Sequence record: PV745554.1
DNA: 64,000 nt
Direction: 5' to 3' (one strand)
In this document: piece by piece, positions 44,601 through 51,019 of the stretch
Numbering within the stretch: the stretch's first letter is position 1
Layout: each line of letters opens with the position of its first letter
Made by a program: the position numbers and the translations under genes
The notes under the pieces: model-generated
Told to the model about the DNA's origin: nothing
The model's database searches: none
Seen by the model: only the letters and a program-made list of their open reading frames with translations

Positions 44601-47100
44601 CGACATCGGCACGATCCAGATCGTCCCGCTGGGCGTCTCGGTCAACGCCAGCAGCGGCGACGACGTCAACCTCTACGTCGATCCGGGCCTGATCTATGTC
44701 GTGGCCCCGTTCGGCCAGGGCTTCTGGATTTCCGAGGACAACTTCGTCCACGCCCTGCCCGATCCGCTGGTCGTGTCGGTCACCACGCCGACCGGCAGCG
44801 CGCGCGGCGACGTGCGCATGGTCGGCTCGTTCGCGCCGATCATCCTGTCCAAGCTGGATGGATCGGCTGGCGGCGACGGCCTCGCCGAGCCCTATACGGG
44901 CGACTGGATCATCCTGGTCTCGCCGCCGGTTCCGCAAACGGAACTGAACGCCAACGTCAACGTGGCGATGCCGCCGCCGATCGTCATCAACGGCAACGAC
45001 GCGGAAGCCTCGCTCGACATCACCGTGCCGTTCAGCGACACGGCGGTGTTCATCACCGGCCCCGAGGCGTTGGGTCTGGGCTTCCACGGCGGGCAACTGG
45101 GTCCGCCGATCCTGGTCACGCCCCCGGCGGGCGGCCCGGAGATCAGCGCCAACGGCATCGGCCAGATCGGCACGATCGGCGTTGAGCCGCCGCGCTTCCA
45201 CTACATCCCGCCGATCACCGTCATCCCGCCCGAAGGCGTGGCGCTGGACGCCAAGTCGGCCCAGGCCTCCGGCTCGCTGGGCACGATCACCATCGGCGTG
45301 CCGACGGGCGGCTATCAGGCCGCTGTCGCCATCAACCTGCCGCTGCCGACGATCTTCGTCACCACGCCGCAGGCCATGGTCTTCGCCTCGGTCGCCATCA
45401 GCGGCGCCCTGAGCACGATCACGCTCACCCCGCCCGTCGCCAGCCTGACGGCCGGCGCGAACGCGTCCTTCACTCTGCCCGGTCCCATCGTCCTGACCTC
45501 GCCCGAGGCGACGGCGACGGCCGGCACGGCGGCCTCGACCTCCGGCGCACTGACCACCATCACCCTGACGGCGCCGACTGGTTCGGTCGCGACCGGCAGC
45601 GCCGCCTCGGCCACCGGCTCGATCGGCACGATCACGGTCACGCCGTTCGACGGCAGCGTCTTCATCTCCTACCCCGGTTTTGCCACGGGCGCGATCGGCA
45701 CGATCACCCTGACGCCGCCGGCCGCGACCGTCAGCAACGGCCGTAACCTCTCGCTCGCTTTCCCCGGCCCGATCGTCGTCACCTCGCCGGTCGCCGTACC
45801 GCGCGGCTCGGTCGCCATCACCGGCACCATCGGCACGATCACGCTCACCGCGCCCATCGGCACGGCGACCGGCGACACCATCTTCGGCACCGGCGACATC
45901 GGCACGATCACCGTCACGGGGATCAATGGCGCGGCGACCGGGCGCGGCCTGGGCACGGGCGCGATCGGCACGATCGTCGTCACCCCGCCGGCCGCGACGC
46001 TCACCACCGGCGCCAACAAGTCCGTCGCCCTGCCCGGCCCGATCGTCGTCACCGCCCCGACGGGCGTGGGCCGCGTGCCCAGCGCTACCTCGGGCGCGCT
46101 CGGCACGATCACGATCACCAGCACGCCCGAGGCTACGGTCTCGGCCGGGCAGGGTCTGTCGGGTCAGATCGGCACGATCACGATCACCCCGCCCGAGGCG
46201 CAAGGCCAGGGCGCGGTCTTCATCCAGGCGACCGACGAACTCGTCGTTCAGACCCTGCCGCCGCAGGCGATCCTCTTCCAGGAAGCCACGGTCATCGTCG
46301 GCTTCCCGACGATCTACCTTGTCGCGCCCGAGGCGATCACCTACTCGCTGGCCGAGTTCGCCTCGATCACCCTGCTGCCGCCGGACGCCTATGTGACCGT
46401 GCCGCTGCCGCTGGGCAAGAACCGCATCCGCTATCGCCGCAACAACACGGCGGGACATGCGCCCGCGAGCCTGCTGCCCCACGAGATCGCGCTGAACGAG
46501 ACCGACGGCCTGCTGTTCACCCGCGACGGCGCGGGCGCGGTCAAGTCCACGCCGCTGGGCTTCATGCACGGCGAAGGCCTTCCGCCGCCGGCCACCGACG
46601 ATGGCAAGGTGCTGTCGGGCGGGATGTCCTGGGAGACGCCGTTCACCCAGTACCTGCTCCCGGTCCGCAACGCCCCGCCGGCCGGCGCGCGCATCGCCCT
46701 GGCCGAGGGCGTGGTCGGCACCACGACCTTCACGCCGACGCTCGACGTCACCTACACCCGTCCGTTCTTCGTGGCCAAGACCATCGACATCCAGGCGCTG
46801 TCGATCGAGGTCGTGGGCACCGCCGTCTCGACGGCCGAACTGGGCCTGATCGGCTGGTCGCTCACCGGCACGCCGGGCGCGGCGATCGTCACCGGCACGG
46901 TCAGCACCAGCACGGCGGGCGTCAAGTCCGCCGCCGGCACGGCCACGGTCTTGACGCCGGGCTGGTACGCCGCCACCTTCAAGGTCACCGGCGCGGCGGG
47001 GGCTTCGTTCCGGGCTCCCACCACCCCGACGGCGATCGCGCCGGACTTCACCACCGCGCCGGGCGCGCCCGCGCCGGTCATGGCGACCCTGGAGACCTAA
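38683..47100 (+). CDS. Giant Gly-rich fibre / receptor-binding-like protein (2805 aa) with a LamG-like domain
   Basis: Five Gly-rich modules opening with (L/M/V/A)WG(G/A)xG; lectin-like FTLEGWF...WAHYAISR...GKIDEVRLTVGVARY; many ASGxIGTITxTxP repeats. Confidence 0.85.
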   Translation: MVDLVAGTPASVAYSGSAVEYVVKAAGQVDIYLWGGAGSGGYYANGSGNANKFGGAGGYTNARFMVDVGDIITVEVGQGGRVPTGSGTTASAGGLGGWPDGGFGAINSGAAWVAPGGGGGSTRIYKNGDLVAVAGGGGGATGFYSGGNGGGALGMASTDASSGAGGTQLAGGVAGSGTLAVQSGGYFRGGQASTAANVSNAYTGGGGGGGFYGGASNGGGSGAHGSGGGGSGWLSQATDVAGACRVAPQDGTGAPINPAGITIPAGTAQGGVGPTVASTGWASITPGGNGFAYLALTDIGATASALPSGSSTLSYTGTRQVYEVTDICSVDFEMWGGGGGGGFYTSGGNAARFGGAAGYTKLTRILYPGDIVEVEVAQGGQAPSGVSQTGGAGGWPNGGSGGRPAAAAPNFGGGGGSTNVWVNGRLLAIAAGGGGSTGFYYGGVGGGRFGLQSTDQTTNNGTGGTWGGVNAVSSQGRGYFLQGGHGSPIESPTVAIATAGAGGGGGYYGGGGAKGGSGTHGSGGGGCGYTSGDNTYNRVMQAGTPATGAPYDPGTKPAGVGVGGTGGSSAGTTGPGGDGAINLTVTPLTSLPTLPTGKTVFSFTNAAEHYVAGTTGLMALKVWGAGGGGCTRSSGTLRRGGGGGFFKVDIVKINQGDIVTFVVGEGGKGMPGPNLGGRGGFPNGEYGNAGDATGGNAGGGGSSHVYINGKLVGVAGGGGGGAISFDGGTAGLASYPPSGYGFGPSGSSLFYGGFSPQRGAEGNNRGVFMLAGIGQIDGGTIDTPNNLAGGGGGGGYWGGAGSAPNNSRFQPGGPGSTYITANYVGTQQAGTTSGTNLSDPDWGSSASVGGQGSNTPGNSVTNGGHGRIVCSFDIPTLLNESVSANVPVASAVQTFMVGNDGTITLKAWGAGGGGSMMTANSGSELAGGGGYAAATLDLKKGQILRVYNGAGGNGAVYTSGVSGAFVGTGGPGGWPDGGQGGMHVSGIFGGGGGSSRVYVDDILLLVAGGGGGGGIHTATTTAGGGGGTTGGNSDTVTVFNTGGQTYRGGWNTGRTTDATTSGSGFKGGAGYLAGSTASTSNIAHGGGGGGGLYGGSGSGSTNASSTGWLGGAGGSGFVADGWDVTEYDYLRDYVVLQYSFDTPSGVADDARKLNTLLLNTAPTTTTSGPKFGTTCLTMSAGHLTTDIPAIGQQDFTLEGWFNPASLTTGVMMIIGDQSINGLSLHYYPSATVLGLRYNNADPSGATLDTKYTDSARAANVWAHYAISRDINGTRVYKDGILVSTTTGSPFSITATTLTLGNYRSIAGASTRFVGKIDEVRLTVGVARYRQNFKPQQFRNKRTLGLTGASTVQAGSSGNGLPASTGVSGYAAGRGVGAAVKTTPANGNPGGDGQINYFLATSTVAATGPIGTVQVGGLITAAAGAFYPLPAAGTTVVHPYTGSRYNYSVDDPGGARIKVEMWGAGGGGCSATNSSTSTGGGGGGYTVYEMDLVQGDKITLQTPSGGFGSNTAGGSDASGINAGGYPDGGNGYRPAFTAFNGGGGGSARMWAGGDLAAVAGGGGGGAYGSVAYDFAGGPGGGSSGGSGGYDGVNATFPNTGGTQSVGGTGTPNGVSGSFMQGGVGGTTISVANNGPGGGGGYYGGGGGGAYKAAGGGSGYINTTLSGYRTGSTSGGSGNLPGGMGSPNYASGIGVGSNGKAGVRVGGNGRIVLTVITPTPGNAAGLIGTVNVSGLNTFGTLVGTPTGAIGTVNVVVPVGTSGQPAFASGVLPVIGLGPPETIPQAQAIVIVPINDQTSLLVSPPDHAPFAIDAEGTGDLGTITVTSFNSTQTAAANATPALPTVTLTAPEADAVEIPPVLASGALVTIPVTAPEASTQVIPPVETSGDIGTITLVTLNGDASTNNNVATSGDIGTITLTALDGSAQGDDLAEGLIGTITVTVPTAVVQQSAEATGDIGTISVYAIEGGQPADASGDIGTIQIVPLGVSVNASSGDDVNLYVDPGLIYVVAPFGQGFWISEDNFVHALPDPLVVSVTTPTGSARGDVRMVGSFAPIILSKLDGSAGGDGLAEPYTGDWIILVSPPVPQTELNANVNVAMPPPIVINGNDAEASLDITVPFSDTAVFITGPEALGLGFHGGQLGPPILVTPPAGGPEISANGIGQIGTIGVEPPRFHYIPPITVIPPEGVALDAKSAQASGSLGTITIGVPTGGYQAAVAINLPLPTIFVTTPQAMVFASVAISGALSTITLTPPVASLTAGANASFTLPGPIVLTSPEATATAGTAASTSGALTTITLTAPTGSVATGSAASATGSIGTITVTPFDGSVFISYPGFATGAIGTITLTPPAATVSNGRNLSLAFPGPIVVTSPVAVPRGSVAITGTIGTITLTAPIGTATGDTIFGTGDIGTITVTGINGAATGRGLGTGAIGTIVVTPPAATLTTGANKSVALPGPIVVTAPTGVGRVPSATSGALGTITITSTPEATVSAGQGLSGQIGTITITPPEAQGQGAVFIQATDELVVQTLPPQAILFQEATVIVGFPTIYLVAPEAITYSLAEFASITLLPPDAYVTVPLPLGKNRIRYRRNNTAGHAPASLLPHEIALNETDGLLFTRDGAGAVKSTPLGFMHGEGLPPPATDDGKVLSGGMSWETPFTQYLLPVRNAPPAGARIALAEGVVGTTTFTPTLDVTYTRPFFVAKTIDIQALSIEVVGTAVSTAELGLIGWSLTGTPGAAIVTGTVSTSTAGVKSAAGTATVLTPGWYAATFKVTGAAGASFRAPTTPTAIAPDFTTAPGAPAPVMATLET

Positions 47101-47103
47101 GGC

Positions 47104-47772
47104 ATGTCGACCGACATCACCATGCCGCCTGACACGACGATCTTCGCGGACGTCAAGCTCAATGGCGGAGCCGGCGCGCCCGTCGATCTGGCCGATGGCG
47201 AACTCTACATCGACGAGGCTGGACGCAAGCTCTATGTCGAGACCGTGGTCGGCGTCCAGCCGATCCCGCTCGACGTCGGCTACATCCCGCGCCGGCCCAG
47301 CGGCACGCCGCTCGACCACGTGGTCACCAAGACCGCCACCGGCTCCGAGTGGGGGCCGCTCCAGGGCGGCGCGGGCGGCTCTCCGTTCGACGCGGCTGAG
47401 TTCCGCGTGCCGGGCATCGCGCCCACGGGCCTGGACACGGTCGTTCTGCCGGGCGCGTCCGGTGGCATGGCTCTCTTCGAGATGCCGCTCCAGGACGTCC
47501 TCCTGAGCGTGCGTGTACACGCCTCCGCCGGCGTCGGCGCGGTAACCCTGGGACTCTACCCGTTCAACGGCTCCCTGGGCTCGGAAATCTTCGCCCAGAC
47601 CCTGACGTTCACCGCGCCCGAGACCCAACTGGTGCCCGTCTCCCTGGCCTTGACGCCGGGGGTGTACGCCTGGGTGTGGACGGGGGCGTCCTCCGTGACT
47701 CTGGACGCGGTCAAGGGCTCCCTGCCCTGGGCGACGAGCGAGCAGGTCCACCCCGTGGCGATGAAGTTCTAA
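47104..47772 (+). CDS. Fibre-associated protein
   Basis: 222 aa; LADGELYIDE motif like the fibre C-terminus. Confidence 0.75.
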   Translation: MSTDITMPPDTTIFADVKLNGGAGAPVDLADGELYIDEAGRKLYVETVVGVQPIPLDVGYIPRRPSGTPLDHVVTKTATGSEWGPLQGGAGGSPFDAAEFRVPGIAPTGLDTVVLPGASGGMALFEMPLQDVLLSVRVHASAGVGAVTLGLYPFNGSLGSEIFAQTLTFTAPETQLVPVSLALTPGVYAWVWTGASSVTLDAVKGSLPWATSEQVHPVAMKF

Positions 47773-48548
47773 TGGCTATCCAGAACCCCCACTCCACCAC
47801 GCCGGGCGTCATGCCCCACCTGACGCCGGGCGAGATCGGCGTCAACAAGGCCGATGACATCCTCTGGTTCCGGTCCGAGGGCCGCCGCGTGCCGATCATC
47901 CTGAGCGATCTGGATCGGGCGCCGCCGCTCGACGGCCTGACCGGCGCGCCGCTGACCCTGGAAGGTGGCCAGCCGATCTGGAACGCGCATCTGGCCCCGT
48001 CCTCCGTGGTCAATGGGCAGGTCAAGGTCGATCTGCCGCCGGCGACGGGCCTGCACGCCATGCCCAGCGTCCTGCTGCAAGGCCTGGGAGCCGATCGCGC
48101 CCTGGCGGCCAACGATCTGGACCTCTCGCCCTTCTACGTCCGGTCCGACTCCATCACCCTGACCCAGTTGGCGTTCAGCGTCCGCTCGGCGGGCGCGCCG
48201 GCCATGCGGGTGGGGATCGTCGACAGCTTCGGCGTGGTCCAGGCCGACATTCTGGTCGCCGCGCCCGTGGTGGGCGCCAACGTGGTCAACCTCTCGCCGG
48301 TGCTGACGCTCCAGCGCGGCGTCTACCGCACGATCCTGGCAACCACCGGCGCGGTGACGATCGGGGTGGTCACGGGCGCGCGCATGGAGCAGGGCTGGGA
48401 CATCATCGGGGACACGCCCTCCTTCATCCACGGCTACAGCGGCTCGAAGAACACCGGCGGGGGGATCGGCAGTTTGCCGGGCCTGACCGCGCGGCGCTCG
48501 GGCGTGCCGGGTCAGGATCATTCGGTCCTGATGCGCTGGACGGCGTAG
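47772..48548 (+). CDS. Fibre-associated protein
   Basis: TAATG coupling; LTPGEIGVNKAD motif like the fibre C-terminus. Confidence 0.75.
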   Translation: MAIQNPHSTTPGVMPHLTPGEIGVNKADDILWFRSEGRRVPIILSDLDRAPPLDGLTGAPLTLEGGQPIWNAHLAPSSVVNGQVKVDLPPATGLHAMPSVLLQGLGADRALAANDLDLSPFYVRSDSITLTQLAFSVRSAGAPAMRVGIVDSFGVVQADILVAAPVVGANVVNLSPVLTLQRGVYRTILATTGAVTIGVVTGARMEQGWDIIGDTPSFIHGYSGSKNTGGGIGSLPGLTARRSGVPGQDHSVLMRWTA

Positions 48549-48650
48549 TGGGGAGAGCCGGGTGGGGCTTTGTATCGCTGGGGGAGCGAGGGACGGGCCG
48601 CTCCCCGGCGGCCCACCCGCTCTTTATAGACGGCCCTTTCCCGGCCCGCA

Positions 48651-48667
48651 AGACGTGAATCTTGACA
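48651..48667 (+). promoter_or_regulatory. Late-type promoter motif
   Basis: AGACGTGAATCTTGACA. Confidence 0.7.
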
Positions 48668-48720
48668 TGGTGGAAGATCGGGGTTAACCTGCGCGCTCAT
48701 CTGGAGTTTCGAGCGCCACC

Positions 48721-48984
48721 ATGGCTGAGCTTGTCCGCATCTATCACCCTGAGACGAACGAGCCGTTCGACGTGATCCCGTCGACCGCCGAACGTCTGCG
48801 CCTGGGTGATGGTCCCGACGGGCTGGTCTGGCTCTCGCAGCCCTTCGAGCGCGTCGCTGTCGAAGCCGCGCCGGAAGCCCCCAAGGGGCGAGGTCGTAAG
48901 CGCGTCAGCGCGCCCGTCTCGGAAGAAGCCGAAGACGACGGGTGGCGTGACGTGCCGACCGAGGAAGATCGCGAAGCCGCGTAA
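48721..48984 (+). CDS. Hypothetical protein with KGRGRKR motif and acidic tail
   Basis: TGGAG RBS; 87 aa. Confidence 0.7.
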   Translation: MAELVRIYHPETNEPFDVIPSTAERLRLGDGPDGLVWLSQPFERVAVEAAPEAPKGRGRKRVSAPVSEEAEDDGWRDVPTEEDREAA

Positions 48985-49028
48985 GGCGCTTCGTCTTCCA
49001 CTCTGCTGAAATTCGGTCTCAGTCCCAT

Positions 49029-49104
49029 GTCGGTCTAGCTCATGGGGTAGAGCGGCGGTCTCCAAAACCGCGCGTGGCAGGTTCGAGTCCTGCGTCCGGC
49101 GCCA
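49029..49104 (+). tRNA. trnW: tRNA-Trp(CCA)
   Basis: Cloverleaf; GCGGT-CTCCAAA-ACCGC; TTCGAGT T-loop; encoded CCA. Confidence 0.92.
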
Positions 49105-49108
49105 TTTC

Positions 49109-49183
49109 GCATCCGTAGTATATAGGTGATTACAGCGCGTTGCCAACGCGTAGAGTCGGGTTCGAGTCCCGACGGATGCTCCA
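49109..49183 (+). tRNA. trnG: tRNA-Gly(GCC)
   Basis: GCGCG-TTGCCAA-CGCGT; acceptor GCATCCG/CGGATGC; CCA. Confidence 0.92.
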
Positions 49184-49187
49184 TTTC

Positions 49188-49261
49188 GCGGGTATAGCTC
49201 AAAGGGAGAGTTGCTGCCTTCCAAGCAGAAGATGCGAGTTCGAGCCTCGCTATCCGCTCCA
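49188..49261 (+). tRNA. trnG: tRNA-Gly(TCC)
   Basis: CTGC-CTTCCAA-GCAG; CCA. Confidence 0.92.
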
Positions 49262-49555
49262 ACCTCGTGGTGAGGTGAGAACGCCCTCCTCATGCACCGC
49301 TTCGGCGGTAAAGTAGGCTCCAGCCGAAGAGATGCGGGACCAGGGGACCCCGCCACCACGAACGAAGTGCGCCCCAGGTACGCCTCTGACCGAGAAAGCC
49401 CGCTGGCCGTGGGTGAAGTGTATGGTCAAGCGTCTGGGTCCCCGTCCGCCAGGACCGGCGAAGGCCATATGCGCCGAATTCCTGGACCGGATCGTAGGAG
49501 GGGAGCGTTGGCGCCGGCCCAGCAGGGAAGGGTGAAGAGCCCAGCCGGCAATTTT
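49262..49555 (+). ncRNA. Candidate structured non-coding RNA
   Basis: No credible ORF; ACCGC-TTCG-GCGGT hairpin; GGGGACCC/GGGTCCCC long-range pair; CCAGGA/TCCTGG stem. Confidence 0.35.
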
Positions 49556-49569
49556 CTTCAACAACAAGC

Positions 49570-49598
49570 TTGACAGCCGTCGAGTTTCGTGAGAGCCT
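49570..49598 (+). promoter_or_regulatory. tRNA sub-operon promoter 1
   Basis: TTGACA-17nt-GAGCCT; near-identical layout to the promoter at 50186. Confidence 0.72.
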
Positions 49599-49608
49599 CC
49601 TCAACATT

Positions 49609-49671
49609 ATGACGCACCTCCTCACCCGTTACGAACGCGAGGCCACCGGCCTCGATACCACCACCGCCTAA
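49609..49671 (+). CDS. Putative leader peptide 1 (MTHLLTRYEREATGLDTTTA)
   Basis: Starts ~4 nt after the predicted TSS; carries GAA, GAG and GAT codons upstream of tRNA-Glu and tRNA-Asp; overlaps alternative hairpins. Confidence 0.55.
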   Translation: MTHLLTRYEREATGLDTTTA

Positions 49672-49703
49672 AAGCGGTTTTGGTCCGAGGCCTCTTGTGA
49701 TGT

Positions 49704-49781
49704 GGCCCGGTCGTCTAGCGGTTTGCAGGATTCCTGACTTTCAATCAGGAGAGCGGAGTTCGAGTCTCCGTCGGGCTTCCA
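49704..49781 (+). tRNA. trnE: tRNA-Glu(TTC)
   Basis: CCTGA-CTTTCAA-TCAGG; CCA. Confidence 0.92.
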
Positions 49782-49806
49782 CACCCCCAACTCATCTCTG
49801 AGCTTT

Positions 49807-49881
49807 GGTGCCGTCGTATATGGGTTATTATCACCGGCTGTCTCCCGGTGGAAACGGGTTCGAGTCCCGTCGGCATCGCCA
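49807..49881 (+). tRNA. trnD: tRNA-Asp(GTC)
   Basis: ACCGG-CTGTCTC-CCGGT; acceptor GGTGCCG/CGGCATC; CCA. Confidence 0.92.
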
Positions 49882-49944
49882 GCCCTCGCAGCAAATCCAG
49901 GTTCCAGCGCGGCTGTTCCGCGCGCCTGCATGCACGAGGCTACC

Positions 49945-50166
49945 ATGTTTTTCGATCCCTCCTCGCAGTCGAGCGACGCGCTCCTGCGCCACGTCTCCAC
50001 CCAATCTCCGTATGCGGAAGCGGCTCGCACCGAGTTGCTGTCCCGAGGCCTCGTTCCGCTCCTGACGCGGTTCAACGGCTGGCGCCTCGCCCCGAGCGCG
50101 CCGTTTCCGCAGCACCTCATCCCGCGCCCCGATCCGCTCGCGAAGTACACGTGGCGGGCGGGATGA
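49945..50166 (+). CDS. Hypothetical protein within the tRNA cluster
   Basis: GAGG RBS; 73 aa. Confidence 0.55.
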   Translation: MFFDPSSQSSDALLRHVSTQSPYAEAARTELLSRGLVPLLTRFNGWRLAPSAPFPQHLIPRPDPLAKYTWRAG

Positions 50167-50185
50167 AAAATATTCACCACGACGC

Positions 50186-50214
50186 TTGACATCCGTCGGG
50201 AGTTGTGAGAGCTT
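50186..50214 (+). promoter_or_regulatory. tRNA sub-operon promoter 2
   Basis: TTGACA-17nt-GAGCTT. Confidence 0.75.
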
Positions 50215-50307
50215 ATGGACTGTCACGGATCACGACACTCCTCGGAGTGCAAAAGCGTGATCCTTCGTTTTTCACGGCCGCCAGCGGGTGGCCAGTCGAG
50301 AGTTGTC

Positions 50308-50445
50308 ATGTTCGCCTTGTCGCATCTCAGCCTGAGCACGAAAGCCGCCTCCCCGGCGACGCTTTCGCTTGCCCTGCTGGCGACGGCCGCGAAGCCCTCG
50401 ACCAAGCCGACCACCTCGGCCTCGCACTCGACGGAGACCCACTAG
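50308..50445 (+). CDS. Leader peptide 2 (45 aa; 42 codons are A/L/S/H/T/K/P)
   Basis: MFALSHLSLSTKAASPATLSLALLATAAKPSTKPTTSASHSTETH; the residue set equals the downstream tRNA set. Confidence 0.85.
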   Translation: MFALSHLSLSTKAASPATLSLALLATAAKPSTKPTTSASHSTETH

Positions 50446-50547
50446 GGCTCTCGTCTCGGGTGCAGGCCTTGGAGCCGCACCCGCTACCTACATCCTGTAG
50501 ACCTAGCGCAAGGCGGCTCCTCACCAGGGAGACCGCCTTTTCTTTTT
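50419..50547 (+). promoter_or_regulatory. Attenuator 2 (alternative hairpins plus terminator)
   Basis: Hairpin 50419-50467 around the stop codon; CGGGTGC/GCACCCG (50457-50483); antiterminator GGAGCCGC(50471-78):GCGGCTCC(50513-20); terminator 50510-50547. Confidence 0.82.
50510..50547 (+). terminator. Rho-independent terminator between leader 2 and its tRNA operon
   Basis: AAGGCGGCTCC...GGAGACCGCCTT followed by TTCTTTTT. Confidence 0.88.
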
Positions 50548-50559
50548 CGCGTTGATCAT

Positions 50560-50635
50560 CGGGGTGTAGCTCAGTCGGTAGAGCGCTCGGTTCGGGACCG
50601 AGAGGCCGTGGGTTCGAGTCCCGCCACCCAGACCA
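50560..50635 (+). tRNA. trnP: tRNA-Pro(CGG)
   Basis: CTCGG-TTCGGGA-CCGAG; CCA. Confidence 0.93.
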
Positions 50636-50642
50636 ACGCCAT

Positions 50643-50719
50643 CGGGATGTAGCTCAGTTTGGGAGAGCGCGCGGCTGGGGGCCGCGAGGCCGCAGGTTCA
50701 AGTCCTGCCACCCCGACCA
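50643..50719 (+). tRNA. trnP: tRNA-Pro(GGG)
   Basis: CGCGG-CTGGGGG-CCGCG; CCA. Confidence 0.93.
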
Positions 50720-50724
50720 ACAAC

Positions 50725-50797
50725 GCTGTTGCGCGTGGCTTCGCGCCCACCCCTTGGTATGGGGCGGTAGAAGGTTCAATTCCTTCCAGCAGCACCA
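50725..50797 (+). tRNA. trnT: tRNA-Thr(GGT), atypical D-arm
   Basis: CCCC-TTGGTAT-GGGG; acceptor GCTGTTG/CAGCAGC; TTCAATT T-loop; CCA. Confidence 0.78.
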
Positions 50798-50802
50798 ACA
50801 AC

Positions 50803-50872
50803 GCCGATGCCTCTGGGAGGACGCGCCTTTCGTAAGGGTGCGAGGTGGGTTCAATCCCCACTTTCGGCTCCA
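50803..50872 (+). tRNA. trnT: tRNA-Thr(CGT), short D-arm
   Basis: CGCCT-TTCGTAA-GGGTG; CCA; 70 nt. Confidence 0.78.
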
Positions 50873-50927
50873 TCAAACAGCCTGCGGGCTATATCGGAGA
50901 TCAAGTTTCATAGCCTCCAGGCTATAT

Positions 50928-51014
50928 GGATGTGTCACCTCAGTGGCGAGAGGAACGGGCTCTTAATCCGTCAGCGCAAGCTCACCGTGGGTTCGAGTCC
51001 CACCACATCCTCCA
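50928..51014 (+). tRNA. trnK: tRNA-Lys(CTT) with long variable arm
   Basis: ACGGG-CTCTTAA-TCCGT; acceptor GGATGTG/CACATCC; 87 nt. Confidence 0.88.
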
Positions 51015-51019
51015 ACAAT

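Noticed and set aside
43830-46400. Diversity-generating retroelement template/variable repeats
   Set aside because: The similarity is protein-level tandem repetition without adenine-specific mismatches, and there is no reverse transcriptase in the window.
38620-47751. 3043-aa minus-strand ORF
   Set aside because: Antisense shadow of the GC3-biased fibre gene; Arg/Ala/Gly-rich with no domain features. The same applies to the long minus ORFs at 20542-23088, 31658-33814, 34111-37677, 57633-59423 and 60629-63907.
48721-49028. Attenuator leader for the Trp/Gly/Gly block
   Set aside because: The upstream ORF is an ordinary 87-aa protein without Trp/Gly enrichment, and the hairpin at its stop lacks a U-tract and an evident antiterminator.
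49262-49555. tmRNA, RNase P or SRP RNA
   Set aside because: Diagnostic conserved motifs were not recognisable; kept only as an unassigned ncRNA candidate.
50215-50307. Upstream in-frame ATG giving a 76-aa version of leader 2
   Set aside because: This ATG abuts the predicted -10 (50209-14) and lies before the likely start site. The A/L/S/H/T/K/P bias begins only at the 50308 ATG.
50886-50919. Additional tRNA gene (GGGCTAT...ATAGCCTCCA)
   Set aside because: Only an acceptor-like mini-helix of ~34 nt with no T- or D-arm; at most a relic.
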